A stretch of 61,882 nt of DNA, counting the filler, from Sphacelaria rigidula (taxonomy: Eukaryota): NCBI GenBank assembly GCA_964200075.2. It is 7 parts of 7 records of this genome, joined end to end, with 100 filler letters (N's around TTAATTAATTAA, not from the genome) between each part and the next. Parts side by side here need not be neighbours in the genome. Positions count along the whole stretch, not along the records: positions 1 to 8,756 come from CAXNAA020010182.1; positions 8,857 to 17,611 come from CAXNAA020010183.1; 5 more parts are not named here. The stretch is one strand, 5' to 3'. Position 1 is the first letter of the stretch. Each line of letters begins with the position of its first letter. Below the pieces are notes generated by a model. That model was given only the letters and a program-made list of their open reading frames with translations, did no database searches and had not been told where the DNA came from. This document shows positions 1 through 13,629 of the stretch, one piece after another. The position numbers and the translations under genes are program-made.

Positions 1-1504
1 AAGTGTGGAGAAAGTACTGTTTTGGGCTCGAACCTCATTTCATTGATGAACCTCATTTTATACAATCCTCTGTTAGGACGCGACTCAGCTCTCTGGGTAC
101 CGCACTTCCTGGGCAGTACCAGTCCCAATGGAAAAACACACGGAGTTTTTTCACGATCCATCGTATTTCCTTCGACACAATTCCTGTCATCTCATCCCTC
201 ATACTGGTGGAGACTGAGGCTCCAGCGTGCCAGGATATTGCCTCACCGTGTGAAAAATATTGCATCGTTTGGTTGCTCGCGTCTTGATTCTGGGAGCAGC
301 GAGGAAGTTTTTAATGTTAAGTTTGATTGATATGTTTATTATTGATCGATTCTTGTACGTATCATCATCGGCGATCCTCAAGGACTCCAACCGTGGTTAT
401 GACCACCACATACATCGACGTACCCGAGTAAAGCGCAAACACTTGCCAAAGGAAGCTGCAAAAGAGGGAAATACAAAAAACGAAATGGAGTACGCTGACT
501 TGAAACGAGCGACTGAACGTATCACAAAAATCAAAAAAGGAATAAAGGAATAAAGGAATAAAGGAAAGCTAAGCATGAGCTCGTACGATACATGGCGATT
601 CTTCGAAGGGCATGAGGGAATAAATTTATTCTCAGACGCAAGTATTGGTGAGGGCAAGGGATATTGCGATTACGGGTCGGAGACGCCCAAGCGCAAATAT
701 CATTTTTCGCCCTTTTGCTTTGTCCACCATCAACGCTGCAACGTGAGGCAGATATGCGATCAGAGTTTAATGTGTTTTGGCCCAGATATGAACGCTATTT
801 GCACACTAGGTTCTCCGCAACGAGCTGCCGGTAGGGCGGACTACACAACAGCACGGGTGGCCACTGGGGTGCTTGCAACCTCAAATTTGGACGTTACATA
901 CGTTGCACAAGGTCTGTAACGTCCAAATTTGAGGTAACAAGTACCCCAGTGACCACCCATGAGGCTAACAACGTCGAAGACGTAAACGCGCGCCGATAGT
1001 ACGAAATTTGAAAGTTGAAGGTAGTGCAATGTTATTGCACGGACCAGGCGTTGACATTATGCAGTAATAGACCAAATTATCTCATGCATACTATAATATT
1101 TACCCACGTAATACGTCCGTACCTATTTTAGTGTTTTGACGATGAGGGGACGGTTATTCCATGAATATATTAAGCGTTCTGAAGAGTCTGTAATTCCATG
1201 CGAGATATTTTATCGTTTGATGATATAAGGAAAATTCAGTTTTAAGGAACCCACCTCTGTAGACCCCAGACCTCCTAAACACACACGAAACGAAGTCGAC
1301 CCACCGAATACCCAACTACAACAAGCAGTTCGGAGCCCAGGAGGACCGCCAGCACGCGATCACTGCAATGAACATCAACGATGGCACTCCGTACCCTGTC
1401 TAGCCACGGCTAGCATCAGCATCATCGGGGGAACAAGCATCCAGCCAAAACCGCACACACACTGATAAGAACATGGCTTTGGCTCGCACATCTCTCCGGA
1501 TATA

Positions 1505-4500
1505 TGTTACAGAGTGGATTTTGACCCTGTAGCGAAGACTATAGGGCAATATAATTGCAGGCACTACCCATCTTCAGCCTGATGACGAATGGGAGAATAT
1601 GAAGATACAAATGCGGTGGGCACCCCCCACAGATCAGAAGATCAGAGGAACGCAAATCCAAATCCACTCTGAAGGCAACTCGATATATCGTCTTCCGATA
1701 ATTACATTGCACTCCACCTTTGCTGACCACGCACGACACCATTCACCTTCGCCAAGGATCGACCTACTTGTCAAACGCAATGCTCATTTTGTGCCTTCCT
1801 GCTGCCATCGCGCTGCTCATACCGGCGAGGTCTAAGCTATGCATTGTAGCGTAGGGTTATGATTGTAGCCGTAGTAATTGTCGATCAAGGATGCCTTGCG
1901 TGGAGGATGTACCCATCAAGTAGGCTACCCCTCACGTTTAATCTGTGCATAAGCTTTGCCTGTTGAGACATGGTGGCCAATCCGAGAAGCGAATTCGGGT
2001 TCCCACACACATCGTGACCTGATGGCACTCGTACGCGCTCAATACGCGCACACTGGATTAGCACACACCATGCTACTCTTGCAGGATCACTTCTGCTCGA
2101 ACAGTACGAACAGAGACTACCGCGAGTACGTTCGATCATACGGGTGCAGACGCTGGAAAAAGGCAGATCCCAACTGATGATGATGATACAGAATTGCCGT
2201 TTGTAGCCCTAAATAATATTTGCGGTTGAGTTTCAGTACATTCGCTGTACAGCAACATTCGGTAACCGATACACACCGCTGGTTATCGACTGGGCATCAA
2301 GACCTTGTTGTCTGCCCCCGACTTACGAAAGAGTCGATACCGGTGGCCCGCATATCATTGATCCTGTGTCAAACGTTAGCCATGCCTGGATCAATTCGCA
2401 GCCCAAAGGAGGGGAAATCGCAGGAGAACTAGCAAGGGATATATGTAGATGACATAGGATACTAATTGACTTCAGACCCGAAAATCACCGAAGAGGTCAG
2501 GGTACCGTTGAAAGGGCAGGGGCATGGATGGATGATACATTATCTGAACAAGGCAAATCACGACTTGGCAAGTGAGACGAGTACGTGAACCAGCGTGTCG
2601 GGTCATGCGTACACTCCCAGATCTATCCGTCCCTTCCAACATGTCTCCAGTTCAAATCCTCTTTGGCCGTACTCTATGGACTGCCCTAGACATTCTGGTA
2701 CCACAAATTGACGGCACTGACGCCGCGTGAGGTCTGGACAGTTTCGTGGAACAAAGAAAACGAAACCAAGACAGGGTTAAACTAGTCCCAGAAGCCAGAG
2801 AGAGAAATAAGCGAAGAGTTCGATAGAAACCGAATGCAAGCATCATGAGACACTCCCCGGGAACGTCGGATGAGGTAGAAAACATGGTGCTGGTTCAAAC
2901 AACTACAAAGTACGTCACACAGGGACGGACACCACGAAAAAATGGCACACGAAAAATGGGCAGGACCGCCGGAAGTGACATATATCCCCATACCTGGAAT
3001 CAATGTAGAACTATCGATGCAAGGCAGGAAACTACGCCACGGGACCGTCTCATCCACGGCCCTCAAACCATTTTAACAGCGTCGGCCTGAACTTAGATAC
3101 GCAATGGAGGATGACTTCGCCCAGCGAACCTGGGGGCCGGATCCAGGGTTTGCCGGCATCTGGACAATAACTTCCCACTCGTATACCCTAGTAGACCGGA
3201 GGAGCATGACTTTCGCACCCAATGAAGGGGTGTGGGAATATCAAGCTAGGTATCACGGTGGGCAAGATCCCAACTGGCTAGTAGAAACAGAAGTGTTGGG
3301 ACGCGTTCTATGATAGCCCCCACCCAAAAAAGTGCCTGATTTCAGGAGGCAAAATCTTCGCGTAAATTGAAATGGAAAATGCCGAGCACAACGAGCAGCT
3401 GGAAATTTCCACGCTTGGGTTTGTTTTCGCCAATGTTACCCATATGAGGTGGTTCATGCAGTCTAAACCCAAACATCAGGCGGTGTATGACCATTTTTTT
3501 CGCAACACTTTTGGACTGGTTTCGGGGGGGGACTATCGTAGAAAGTGTCTTGGATAGTATTCCATCTCTCCGACTCGATGCGTTTCATGTCACATGGGAC
3601 TTGTGTCATTCGTCAGTGAGACCTCACCCACAGTTTAACAGCAAGGGAGCATCTCCACCTACAACTCGTCGGTTGAGATGCTCGGACCGCGTACCAGGTA
3701 TGAATCAAGGTGAGGAGATCAGTAAGCGACGGTGTCGCCGAAGGAGTAGGGACTGGTGAGGTATATGATTACCTTGATCCATACTGGCGAGTGAGATACC
3801 CAAACGGCGAGCGGTTGGAATTCAGCAGGAGAGAAATGCGCAAATAAACATTTCAGAGTGGGTATTACCCAGTACATACCGTAAACAAAATCCTGCCATC
3901 AGACGCACGTACCCCTCCGAGTGAGTGCTTCATAGGTGGAGAACCCCAAGCAGGATAAACAAGGGTGGGACGTTCACTCAAGCTCGGAGACGCAGTCAAA
4001 GATGAGGAAGTTACCGCGTCCCACGGATGCAGTCGAAACCTGGGGGCAGCCGATTCTGGGGGCAGCCGAAACGGGCCTCCATTCCGTACCATCCAGCCAT
4101 AGAGAGGTGTGTACTGAGTTCCCTCTTTCATTCACACGGTCTCGGATCGATTGCACTGGTCTCAACTCAATAGGTCACACCTGGTGAAACACTTGGCAAA
4201 TCTATCGAGGGGGGATGTTTCAGGGGGGATATTGACCCTGTAGCGAAGACTATAGGGCAATATAATTGCAGGCACTACCCATCTTCAGCCTGATGACGAA
4301 TGGGAGAATATGAAGATACAAATGCGGTGGGCACCCCCCACAGATCAGAAGATCAGAGAAACGCAAATCCAAATCCACTCTGAAGGCAACTCGATATATC
4401 GTCTTCCAATAATTACATTGCACTCCACCTTTGCTGACCACGGACGACACCACCCATCCTTCGCCAAGGATCGACCTACTTGTCAAACACAATGCTCATT

Positions 4501-4682
4501 TTGTGCCTTCCTGCTGCCATCGCACTGCCCATACCGGCGAGATCTAAGCTATGCATTGTAGCGTAGGGTTATGATTGTAGCCGTAGTAATTGTCAATCAA
4601 GGATGCCTTGCGTGGAGGATGTACCCATCAAGTAGGCTACCCCTCACGTTTAATCTGTGCATAAGCTTTGCCTGGTGAGACA
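1505..4682 (+). mobile_element. Internally deleted LTR retrotransposon (Ty3/gypsy, chromovirus-like; LARD-like)
   Basis: Near-identical TG...CA LTRs at 1505-1970 and 4216-4682; TATA duplicated on both flanks; PBS-like TGGTGGCCAATCCG at 1971; purine tract at 4207-4215; chromodomain-like relic WEYQARYHGGQDPNWLVETEV near 3230-3300; no gag or RT ORF. Confidence 0.9.
3302..3547. mobile_element. MITE inserted in the chromodomain-like region
   Basis: Imperfect TIRs CGCGTTCTATGATAGCCCC / GGGGACTATCGTAGAAAGTG; the same right end recurs near 44660-44680. Confidence 0.65.
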
Positions 4683-5441
4683 TATATACTTCACTGAATG
4701 GTACTGCGACTGACGATTCATCCATAATTTGTCTCTGTCTGAACTATCTGACCCTGCCATCTCACTGTTTCACACGTCGGACAGATCAGGTCGTGACAGA
4801 TCCGGGTCGGCTCATTTGGGGCATAGATCGTGACCTGTCCGAGGTGTGCTGTCAAGTGCGCACGTTTTTCTGATGGTGATCTGTAGGACCAGCGTTCCCT
4901 GAACATGGTTGCCCAGTAACGAGCTGTACGATCTGTGCCATAAACACACGTTGATGTACAACTGATCTGCAGAAATGTGTCATCCGCACAACATCACATA
5001 GTTGTCATCTATATAACTGGGCTCATTCAATGCAGCAGCCTGTCATACACCCGTGCGATTCGAATCCCATGTATATCAGAAGCTACCCCTCACATGTGGA
5101 TCCTGAATCCAGTATACAAGGAACAGTGTCCCCCACCCGTAAGACCCGAATCTAGTATACAATAAACAACTTGCAGTATATTTTACCTGCTAATCTGTAT
5201 GACCCGGGTACATCGTGCACGTTCACAAGACCGTAGGTTCACAGTGACAGCCTTGGGACATGGAACATGAAGCTCGTATATTTCTTCCGAGTCGTTATAC
5301 GGCAGATGTGCACTTGTTTTTTCCAGAGTACTTATCTCTGCACGAGAAACGTTGAGCCAGGCTAGTACGATGATGGGGGACGACGTGGGGAGCCTTGATT
5401 TGACTTGAATTCGAACAGGGCTCCTCACGTGGTTCCCCACC

Positions 5442-5690
5442 GAGTCATCCCACGATAGGGCGGGGGGGGTGTTTTGGGCCACTTCTTGCACGAAATTCCG
5501 AGTCAAATCGTCGTTGAAAGCAGCAACGGTTGTTCGAACGATATTTTTGTGGATAAATAACGCTCATGCATACTGCCTGACACCGTTTGAAACCAAATAC
5601 AGGGGCAACGCAAGTGTGGCAGGTCGTCTGACACACCTATGAGCCTCCTTTTTCGTGCAACCAAATACCCCCCCTATCGTAGGATGACTT
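5442..5690. mobile_element. MITE with GAGTCATCC termini
   Basis: TIRs GAGTCATCCCACGATAGGGG / CCCCTATCGTAGGATGACTT; homologous copy at 24897-25143. Confidence 0.8.
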
Positions 5691-5779
5691 CATCGTAGTA
5701 CTAGCCTGGCCCGACGCTTGACTTTTGACGTGTCACGATCTTTGAATTTTGCGACATGTAACGATAAGTGCCCTCATTC

Positions 5780-5817
<38 letters not shown>

Positions 5818-7040
5818 CCCGGCCCCGCCCTTCACCCCCCCACGCCCACATCNNNNNNNNNNCCCCGGCCCACGGTTGCCTTTTTTCGTGTCCCCCTCTT
5901 TTTATTTTGCGCCATTTAAAGGAAAAGGCCCCCCCTCCCCCCCCCCCCCCCCCCCCCAGGATCTGCACTGTCGGGGTTTGTCCATGACAAAACTCTGGAC
6001 CCTAAAATCTGGTGTACAGCCTCGGAAAAACATGGACTGAAAAGCCAGGCGTTTACTTATTATGCTAGCACGGGTTCTGTGTGCATTTAACCCATCATTT
6101 TTTCAAGATCAGCGATTGTTTTAAAAAACCGGCATCTCATAATAAGTAAAAACCTTTGAAAAGCGCACCCCTACTGTTGCAATCGCAATTCCCGCCCGGG
6201 ACTTACTGGTGACGTCTTCGAGTATCACTACAGTAAGGAGCGAGGTCATTTCTCACAACAAGCGTCACGATGATGGCAGCCGCCCCTATTCGCTTCGCTC
6301 AGCTAGAACCCACAGCAGCGGCCTCTGAGCGCTAGCATCAGCAGCGTAACAACAATATCAACATCCGCAGAAAGGCGACCCGGTATGTTTGTTGTTGGAT
6401 CGGAGGGAAACAATATCAGCACTAGACCTGCAGGGTTGTGAGTTGCGCAGATGAGACGCATGTTCAATTGTGCCAGCGGCAGTACACACAACTATTTTCG
6501 TATTCCCTCGTTCAGGGTGCTGTCACGAAATGACGCCGTTACGTTGAGTTGATAGTGATGATCTGGATAATGATCGGGGACACGGAGATGAAACTCTGGC
6601 GTGTCTAGGAGGCTGTGCCTGGAAGGGCTCTCCGGGTAATGAGATGTTGTATGAAAGGCTGACAACTGAAACTGAGGCCAGTAAGACTGGGGAGTCCCTC
6701 AATAGATCCACCAGTTCTTCTTCTGGCTGGCGTCACAATATCGATATTAGGGCTGGAGCTAGTACCTAGCGGAACCTGCTGGAAAACCTTTGGCGGAAGA
6801 GTCTAGTAGCTGGGGACAACCTGATTCACCACGGGCGCGTGGAGGGGGTTCAAGCTGAAGTAATCGGCAAAAAGGCGGTTGGCCTGTGACTGATCCAGAC
6901 TGAGGACTTGCTGAAGCTGCGTGCAGCGGGAGTTTGGAGGCTCCTACGACTGTGTGGTGTGGCGACGAAGCAAGGGTGAGGTGTGCATTTTGCGACGATC
7001 CGCTGGCCTGCGGAATGTCCGCAGGTAGCCGCCTGCTGTT

Positions 7041-8694
7041 ATGGCGACCGGCTCGCGTGCTGTGTCCAGCGTGACGCCCGTGGTCATGCGGGGAGAGTTG
7101 CGACCTCCCCAATACGGGGATAGGTACTCCGAGAGTGCATCTCGCACTTTCTACACCAATTACTTAGAGTATAGGAAGCGTGTGGAGCGCGCTAACGCAG
7201 GAGGTGCTGTGCGACGTCAGGTAGTGTCGATGGCTCAACAAATGCCGGCGCATGTGCAGAGAGTGTTTACTCGTGTGGAACATGATGGGAGCACGATCAC
7301 CCCGCCGCAATTGGTCGCGGCGATCAAAACGCATACGGCAGGTGCCGAGGTGGAGTTGACCCAAGCGTCCGTGGCCGTGTCCAAAGCTGTCGCCATGGCG
7401 TCTCGGGGAAAGACGGTGCTAGAGCGCGTGGAGCCAATCCTGTTCAATCTGGAGAAATACTTCTCGGAAAATCCGAACGTGGAACTTGAATATCGTTCCC
7501 CCGTGGCTGAGTTCTTTGCCGGCCCGGCTGCAGTAATCACTGAGGCTTTGGTGGAGGGGTTGACGCCGGAAACATTTAAGCAAGCCGCGCTTGTGAAGTT
7601 GCAGCACGAAACAAATTGGAAGGCCGACCCGTACCTGGTAATGGACACCGTCGTGGCCGAGTCCAAAGAGTGGCGGAAGATAGAGGTGTTCGGCCAGTCG
7701 TCCACCTCCCCGACGAAGCCTTTGCGCCACCTCGACTCGAAATTGGCCGGTCGCGCCGCGACCATCATCTACCATCGCTGTGGCCAGGTCGGCCATTACG
7801 TGCGCGATTACCCAACGTCTTCTGGTGAAGAGTCTGGGCAGTCTTATGCCGCGCGCCATCGGCATCGTCAGCACAAGGGCAAAGGATGAGGTGATCGGGG
7901 TGGTGGTGACGACAGATCCTCCGGCAGTGGACGATCGCAGTCGATTTCTCAGCAGCAGCAGCAGCAGCAGCATGGGTCTGGTTCTGGGTCCGGCGCCGCC
8001 GTAGGTACTGCTGCTCCGCAACGCACGGTGCAGGTAAGACCGATTGCTACAGTGTCGAACACTGCGTCGGCGCCGGTGGAGGCGCCGGTGGCGACACCGG
8101 CAGTAGCGCCAGGCGCGGCGCCTGCTAGTGCGCTGGTCGGAGGTTCGCCAAATTCTTGGTGTGCTGGCTGGGGATTGTACCCGCTGGCGGTGTCGTTTGA
8201 ATCTGTCGGGGCGTCTTCGCCTGCGCAGCTTGCGCAGCCGTGACCTCAAGTGGGATTATCGGCGCATCGGTCGGCGGATGACGTGCCAGTAGAGTGTGCG
8301 GATAAACACGTTCCTGCGGAGCTGTGTGTTCCAAATCAACAGGGCGTGGAGACGTTGCGTTCGGGATGTGTTGGATTCTAGCGCTCATTTTAGGTGTCTG
8401 TCGGTGAAGATTGTAGAGATGTTAGAGCGTCTTCTCCCGCGTGTACCGCTGCGCATCCCGTTTTCGCTCGGGGTGCGGCAGGCCGTCACCGCGCCATGTC
8501 AGCATGTTCCGTCACGGAGCGTACTGTTCCACTACAGCTGGCTTTCGCGACTTCCTGGGGGCCGCCGCCGTTGCCTCCGATCTCGTTCGCAATCATGCCG
8601 GGGCCAGATGGCGTCATTCTTCTGGGGTTACCGACGCTTCAGGATCTTGGAGTCGACCCGAATACGCGGTTGTGGGACTCCAGGAAGACGCGGA
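7041..8694 (+). pseudogene. Ty3/gypsy gag-protease relic
   Basis: 282-aa ORF with degenerate CCHC knuckle (YHRCGQVGHYVRDYP), then frameshifted protease motifs VLDSSAHFRCLS and ILLGLPTLQDLG; possible LTR 6521-6737 (TGTCACG...CGTCACA); cut by a MITE and the scaffold end. Confidence 0.75.
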
Positions 8695-8756
8695 GAGCAA
8701 TGCTACGGTAGGGGTGCACTTTTTTCGCGAAATTATGTCTGATTCAGAGGCTCCTA
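8695..8756 (+). mobile_element. Truncated GAGCAATGC MITE (Sola-like)
   Basis: GAGCAATGCTACGGTAGGGGTGCAC end shared with copies at 15233-15489, 36258 and 48923. Confidence 0.75.
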
Positions 8757-8856
8757 NNNNNNNNNNNNNNNNNNNNNNNNNNNNNNNNNNNNNNNNNNNN
8801 TTAATTAATTAANNNNNNNNNNNNNNNNNNNNNNNNNNNNNNNNNNNNNNNNNNNN
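8757..8856. other. Artificial scaffold linker (also 17612-17711, 26467-26566, 35321-35420, 44175-44274, 53029-53128)
   Basis: Identical 100-bp N44-TTAATTAATTAA-N44 spacers containing stops in all six frames. Confidence 0.98.
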
Positions 8857-9335
8857 CAATCAGGCAGAATAAATCGTGAATTTGGTGATTTTGAGTCGTG
8901 ATGATTTGTCCTTACCGTGAACCTTTCTGCCCCCCCTTCAACACAGCTGTGCCACTCTACTGCGGTTGTCACCCTATTGCCTCGTTAACCTGAACCTTGA
9001 ATGGATCGTCATCGGTAAATTCCACCAAGATCAAAAACAACGTAAGAACAAGTAACATGCACGTAACGATAGGTTGCAATCCTGGCCAGTCGGCCAGTCC
9101 AGGTATACCCCAAACCCGGCGTCCTGGTTCCCTGGTATAATGTGTGGCTGTTTCTTTTCCGGATAATATTTCCGGATATTTCCGGGAATACGGGGAGGTA
9201 TCTCAAAGTTGATGGAATTTCGTACAACTCATTGGTTTGTGCGGCGGATGATCACGGACTATAGGAATAGAGGTGTGAGCTGGTGGATGACAAATCATCG
9301 GAGTTGTGAGGATCAAGGCAAACTAACGAAAGCGC

Positions 9336-9546
9336 TGTAATGCGTGAGAGGACCGCGTGGTTCAGAGGACCACATCAGAGCTTGAACATCCCCATGGTTA
9401 GGGTTAGAGTTAGGGTTAGGGTTGGGGTGAGGGTCAGGGGTGTGGTCCCTGCAGGGACAGGCCGGATTGGGGTCGAAGACGTCGATCCTGAGGTGTTTCG
9501 AACTACGATACAGTCCCCTAAGCACGCGACCCTCTCACGCATTACA
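9336..9546 (+). mobile_element. Telomeric-repeat-bearing TIR element, copy 1
   Basis: TGTAATGCGTGAGAGGACCGCGTG...CTCTCACGCATTACA; GCGC TSD; internal TTAGGG-like tract. Confidence 0.9.
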
Positions 9547-10151
9547 GCGCACCCACCCCTCTTGTCTCAGTTATGTTCAGTTACCAAGGCAAAATCACTC
9601 CACACCTCTCATGTGTTGAGCAAAGCTACACTATCGCTTGAGTGTGTCAGACAGTCAGCGCAGCACAGCAGTGGTCCTCAAAGTTGATCGTATCATTCAG
9701 CACAGGAATCCTAAATTACGGCACGGTACAGCGGCGAAGACCACACAACGTGTCAGTCAGAATCTACGCGAGCGTCTGTAGCAGCATTACCAACAGCAAA
9801 ATTAGCACCAGCTGGATCATCAGACGGAACAAATCTGGCTGCAGGAGGAGGGGAATCAGCATCAATATATATCCATCTTCGCCCCAAGGCGCACGCCCTT
9901 CGCCTCCGGCGCGGTAATCGAATGTTAGCTCTGAGTACAAATATCTCCGTGCTTTGGCCAAAATGGGTACACAAACTGGCTGCAGATAGACGCGGCCACT
10001 GTTGATCGTGTGGTAATTTGGCTTATGGGGAACAGCGTGGAATGCAAGAGCGTAAGATCCAGTATTCTGCTTCGAGATCGTTGGTAGAAAATGCGGCGGT
10101 TTAGCGGATGCGATTTCCTCATTTTCGTTCCAAACATTGACCAGGACCAAT

Positions 10152-10230
10152 GTGCCCCGGTGGTGTAATCGTTCGATCGTCGCCACTAGGGTGGAGAGAA
10201 TGAGGGTTCGATTCCCGATGCGTTTTTTTT
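10152..10230 (+). other. tRNA-derived Pol III-like unit (SINE head or tRNA pseudogene)
   Basis: A-box-like TGGTGTAATCG, B-box GGTTCGATTCCC, followed by a T8 run; no clean cloverleaf. Confidence 0.5.
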
Positions 10231-10294
10231 CTTCTTCCTATTATGTGATTTCCACCGTGGGAAGCGTGAGAACGTGAGTGAACAACGGTGCGGG

Positions 10295-10529
10295 TGTAAT
10301 ACGTGAGAGGACCGCGTGCTTAGAGGACCGCGCCGTGACTCGAAACACCTCACGATCGACGTTTTCCAAAACCAATCGGGCCAATCCCTGCAGGGACCAC
10401 GCCCCTGACCCCAACCCCAACTCTAACCCTAACCCTAACCCTAACCCTAACCCTAACCCTAACCCTGACCATGGGGATGTTCAAATTCCGATGCGGTCCT
10501 CTAAGCACGCTGTTCTCTCACGCATTACA
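10295..10529 (-). mobile_element. Telomeric-repeat-bearing TIR element, copy 2
   Basis: About 37-bp TIRs, CGGG TSD, longest (CCCTAA)n tract, opposite orientation to the other three copies. Confidence 0.92.
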
Positions 10530-12513
10530 CGGGAGTGTTGACCCAATCCGCGCGACCAAAATGGAAGGCGTGTACCGAGGGAGAGACGGGTTGATCCCTT
10601 GAGACCACAGACTCATCCGAGGAAGGGAAAGGGCTCAACGTGCGACAAATGAAGAAATACATGATGAAGAAACGCAGAGTTCTCTTGTGTTGCACTGCAT
10701 GCTTTAGCCAGATAAAAAAAAAGTACGGAGAATTGTCTTGAGGTGTGCTGCGCGTTTTCGATTGGAAGACATGAGGGACATTTGTCATAGCTCAAGAAGG
10801 AGCCGCCTGAGGTGCACGCCCGCACCGCTCGCCCCTCTAGGATCAAGGTGTCTGTTTTCTCCTCTCTCATGCCAGTGGTATTCAACGTGATAATACAGAT
10901 ATCTGCATACCTTCGTTTGATCGATTTCAATCTCGACAACTGGTGTTTTACGAGCAGCCGCCCTCTACTTTCTCCTTAAGCAGTCGATGCTGCTTGAACC
11001 AGTGTGTGCTCGAAGTATACCGACACGCTAGCATTGAGTACTTTCGAGTAGACTAGGGCTAGTAGATTGGCTTTTACCAGGCGTAGTACAGGAAGCGAGC
11101 GATGGGCGAGTAGGAATGTAGTAGCGGAGCGGGAGGTTTCCGCTCAAGAGATCTTGGTCACGCCAGGAGATTACCATAGTTGCAAGGAATGACAAGCTAG
11201 TAGGGGTAGAGAGGCTTTCGCAACAGTGGGGACAAGGAAGCTGCTCCGATGGACATCGGAGCAAGGGGAACTCCACTCAGCAGCTGGACAGGGGCTCAAT
11301 CCGGAGGCGATACAGGTACTCAAGTCGGTAGCACGGCGTTGGGTAGGATGTCCGGTCTTGAATTCCCAAATGCAATGGATTTGAGTGCGGGTGTTGATGT
11401 ACAAGGACAAAGTAACACCCAAGGTTCGTCGATACTATTGAGTGTCGATTCTCGAGTTTGGAGGCTGGACAAATTTGTCCCTTCAACAGCAATAAGGGTC
11501 ATGGGTGGATGAGTTGTAAGCGTGAAGTTGAGCGGTATGCTTTTATATACGGCTTCGGCGAGGGATTGTCTAGAGACGCTACGCTTTGTGTTGATCCTTT
11601 GAACAAGCAGCAGCCACTAGCATTGGGTGTGAGTTCGCACGATATCAAACGAGCACGATTTCCGTATAACAGCCTGGACTCGTTTTTGAGGTTCAACATT
11701 TTATTGTGGTTTAACGGACCATCGAAATTGCGTTTACTTTGTTCAAAAGGCTCGGGATTCGCAACCGCTTTCGTCCATGTGCCCCTTACGCAGAAATTTC
11801 TGCACGGGAGCGAAAGCATGATGGTGAGGAGTCCAACAGAAAAGCCACCGTCATTCATTGTGCCGCATCTTTTGAGCAACCCCTCCCTGCGTCTAAGCGC
11901 TACGGAACACGTAACAAAGCATGCTGAAAACACACCTATTTGGACTAGTCATCGAGTTTTCGAGCGCCTCTTGTTGAGTATTTGAGAGAGACTTCATACT
12001 GTTGCGCCACCGATGACCGCCGTCAGTGAAACGATCCAATGCGGCGGCAGACACCAACGATCTTTGAACCGCATCATCATTCAGCAGTCTGCTGAGATAT
12101 ACCGGTGCCCCACAATAAAGCTGCAGGCACACACAACGGGGGTAAGGGCTAGCCCCACGCCTGGGGTTGTTTCGCCAGTAGTGCCCATGCGAGGCGCTTC
12201 ATCCACTCTGAACCAGCTATCACGCCTTGTATGGCTACCTCCGCCGTGGCTGTGTTGGGGACCGGTTTCGTGGTGGGCTGTTGAACAATACTTAGTCTAC
12301 TGTAGTGGAACGCGCTTGAAAATCTGAGCCGTTTCTTTTTAATTCAGAATCCGCGGCAGCTGTAGTTTGAAAATCCCTTCTGACGGTCCCAAACGGGATC
12401 TGATGGAGCGATGAAAAGCGCTGGCACCCGCCCCCTCAGATGGTAGACACATACTTTTGGGCTCGCGTTCATCTTCTATAGCATGGTGGCGTGCTTGGAA
12501 TCAACACTTTTCT

Positions 12514-13167
12514 CCGAAAACATTAGGCTCAAAGATGGACGTTTTGCCCGAGTTCAAAAACCAAAAGTACAGCAAGGGTCAAGCCACTGATGACCCCATC
12601 CAATCACAGTCGTTGTAGTCTCGTACTAGGTCACTGGGATTGGAGATTGGTCAAGAGATTGTAGTGGAAAAGGTTTTTAATTCCCTTTCCTCTGAGTACA
12701 CCACTGTACGAGATCAATGACGTTTTGAGGCGGCATTGCAAGCGGATAAGACACAAGCCGTTGTCAAGGATAAATATCTGTAATAGATGGTTTGCGTAAT
12801 ACAGATCACAACCATACCCTCTACACAGGCAACAAAGGTTCCGAAAACATCAGGCTCAAAGATGGACGTTTTGCCCAAGTTCAAAAACCAAAAGTACAGC
12901 AAGGGTCAAGCCACTGATGGCCCCATCCAATCACAGTCGTTGTAGTCTCGTACTAGGTAACTGGGATTGCAGATTGGTCAAGAGGTTGTAGTGGAAAAGG
13001 TTTTTAATTCCCTTTCCTCTGAGTACACCACTGTACGAGATCAATGACGTTTTGAGGCGACATTGCAGACGGATAAGACACAAGCCGTTGTCAAGGATAA
13101 ATATCTGTGACAGATGGTTTGCGTAATACAGATCAAAACCATACCCTCTACACAGCCAACAAAGGTT
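12514..13167 (+). repeat. 327-bp tandem duplication in copia gag
   Basis: 12514-12840 is nearly identical to 12841-13167. Confidence 0.9.
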
Positions 13168-13401
13168 CCACCCCCAAGGGTGAGAGTAAAGGGGGTGGGA
13201 ATAGGTCGCAAAAGTCAGCGACAACACATAGTACTAGCAAGGTTCGGGGTAAGGGCGGTACGACTGGAAATACTGGCGGTAGTAGTCTAACAAACACACA
13301 AAATATTGGAAGGATTAATGTAGCGTGTTTCGAGTGTGGTAAGACCGACCACTTCGAATCAGAATGCCCGCAACGTATTTGTGAGGAATGTGGAGGCAAG
13401 G

Positions 13402-13629
13402 TGTAATACGTGAGAGGAGCGCTTGCTTAGAGGACCGCATCGGAATTTGAACATTCCTATGCTTAGGTTAGGGTCGGGGTTGGGGTCAGTGTTAGGGTTA
13501 GTGGTGGGGTTAGGGTCATGGGCGTTGTCCCTGTAGGGACTGGCCCGATTGGTTTTGAAAAATGTCGATCCTGAGGTGTTTCGAACTACGATGCGGTCCC
13601 CTAAGCACGCGGTCCTCTCGCGCATCACA
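13402..13629 (+). mobile_element. Telomeric-repeat-bearing TIR element, copy 3
   Basis: TIRs, CAAGG TSD, splits the second gag zinc knuckle; degenerate TTAGGG tract. Confidence 0.9.

Noticed and set aside
1575-1620. Hammerhead ribozyme (CTGATGA) in the LTR
   Set aside because: No stem II followed by GAAA could be built; other CTGATGA sites I checked also failed
1539-1835. Duplicated small ORFs (again at 4250-4561)
   Set aside because: Chance ORFs within the two LTRs
5718-6040. Poly-Pro/Gly ORFs (also near 35421 and 44539)
   Set aside because: Homopolymer C/G runs next to N gaps; probable sequencing or assembly artefacts
8801-8812. TTAATTAATTAA as a periodic biological motif
   Set aside because: Six-frame stop linker embedded in Ns
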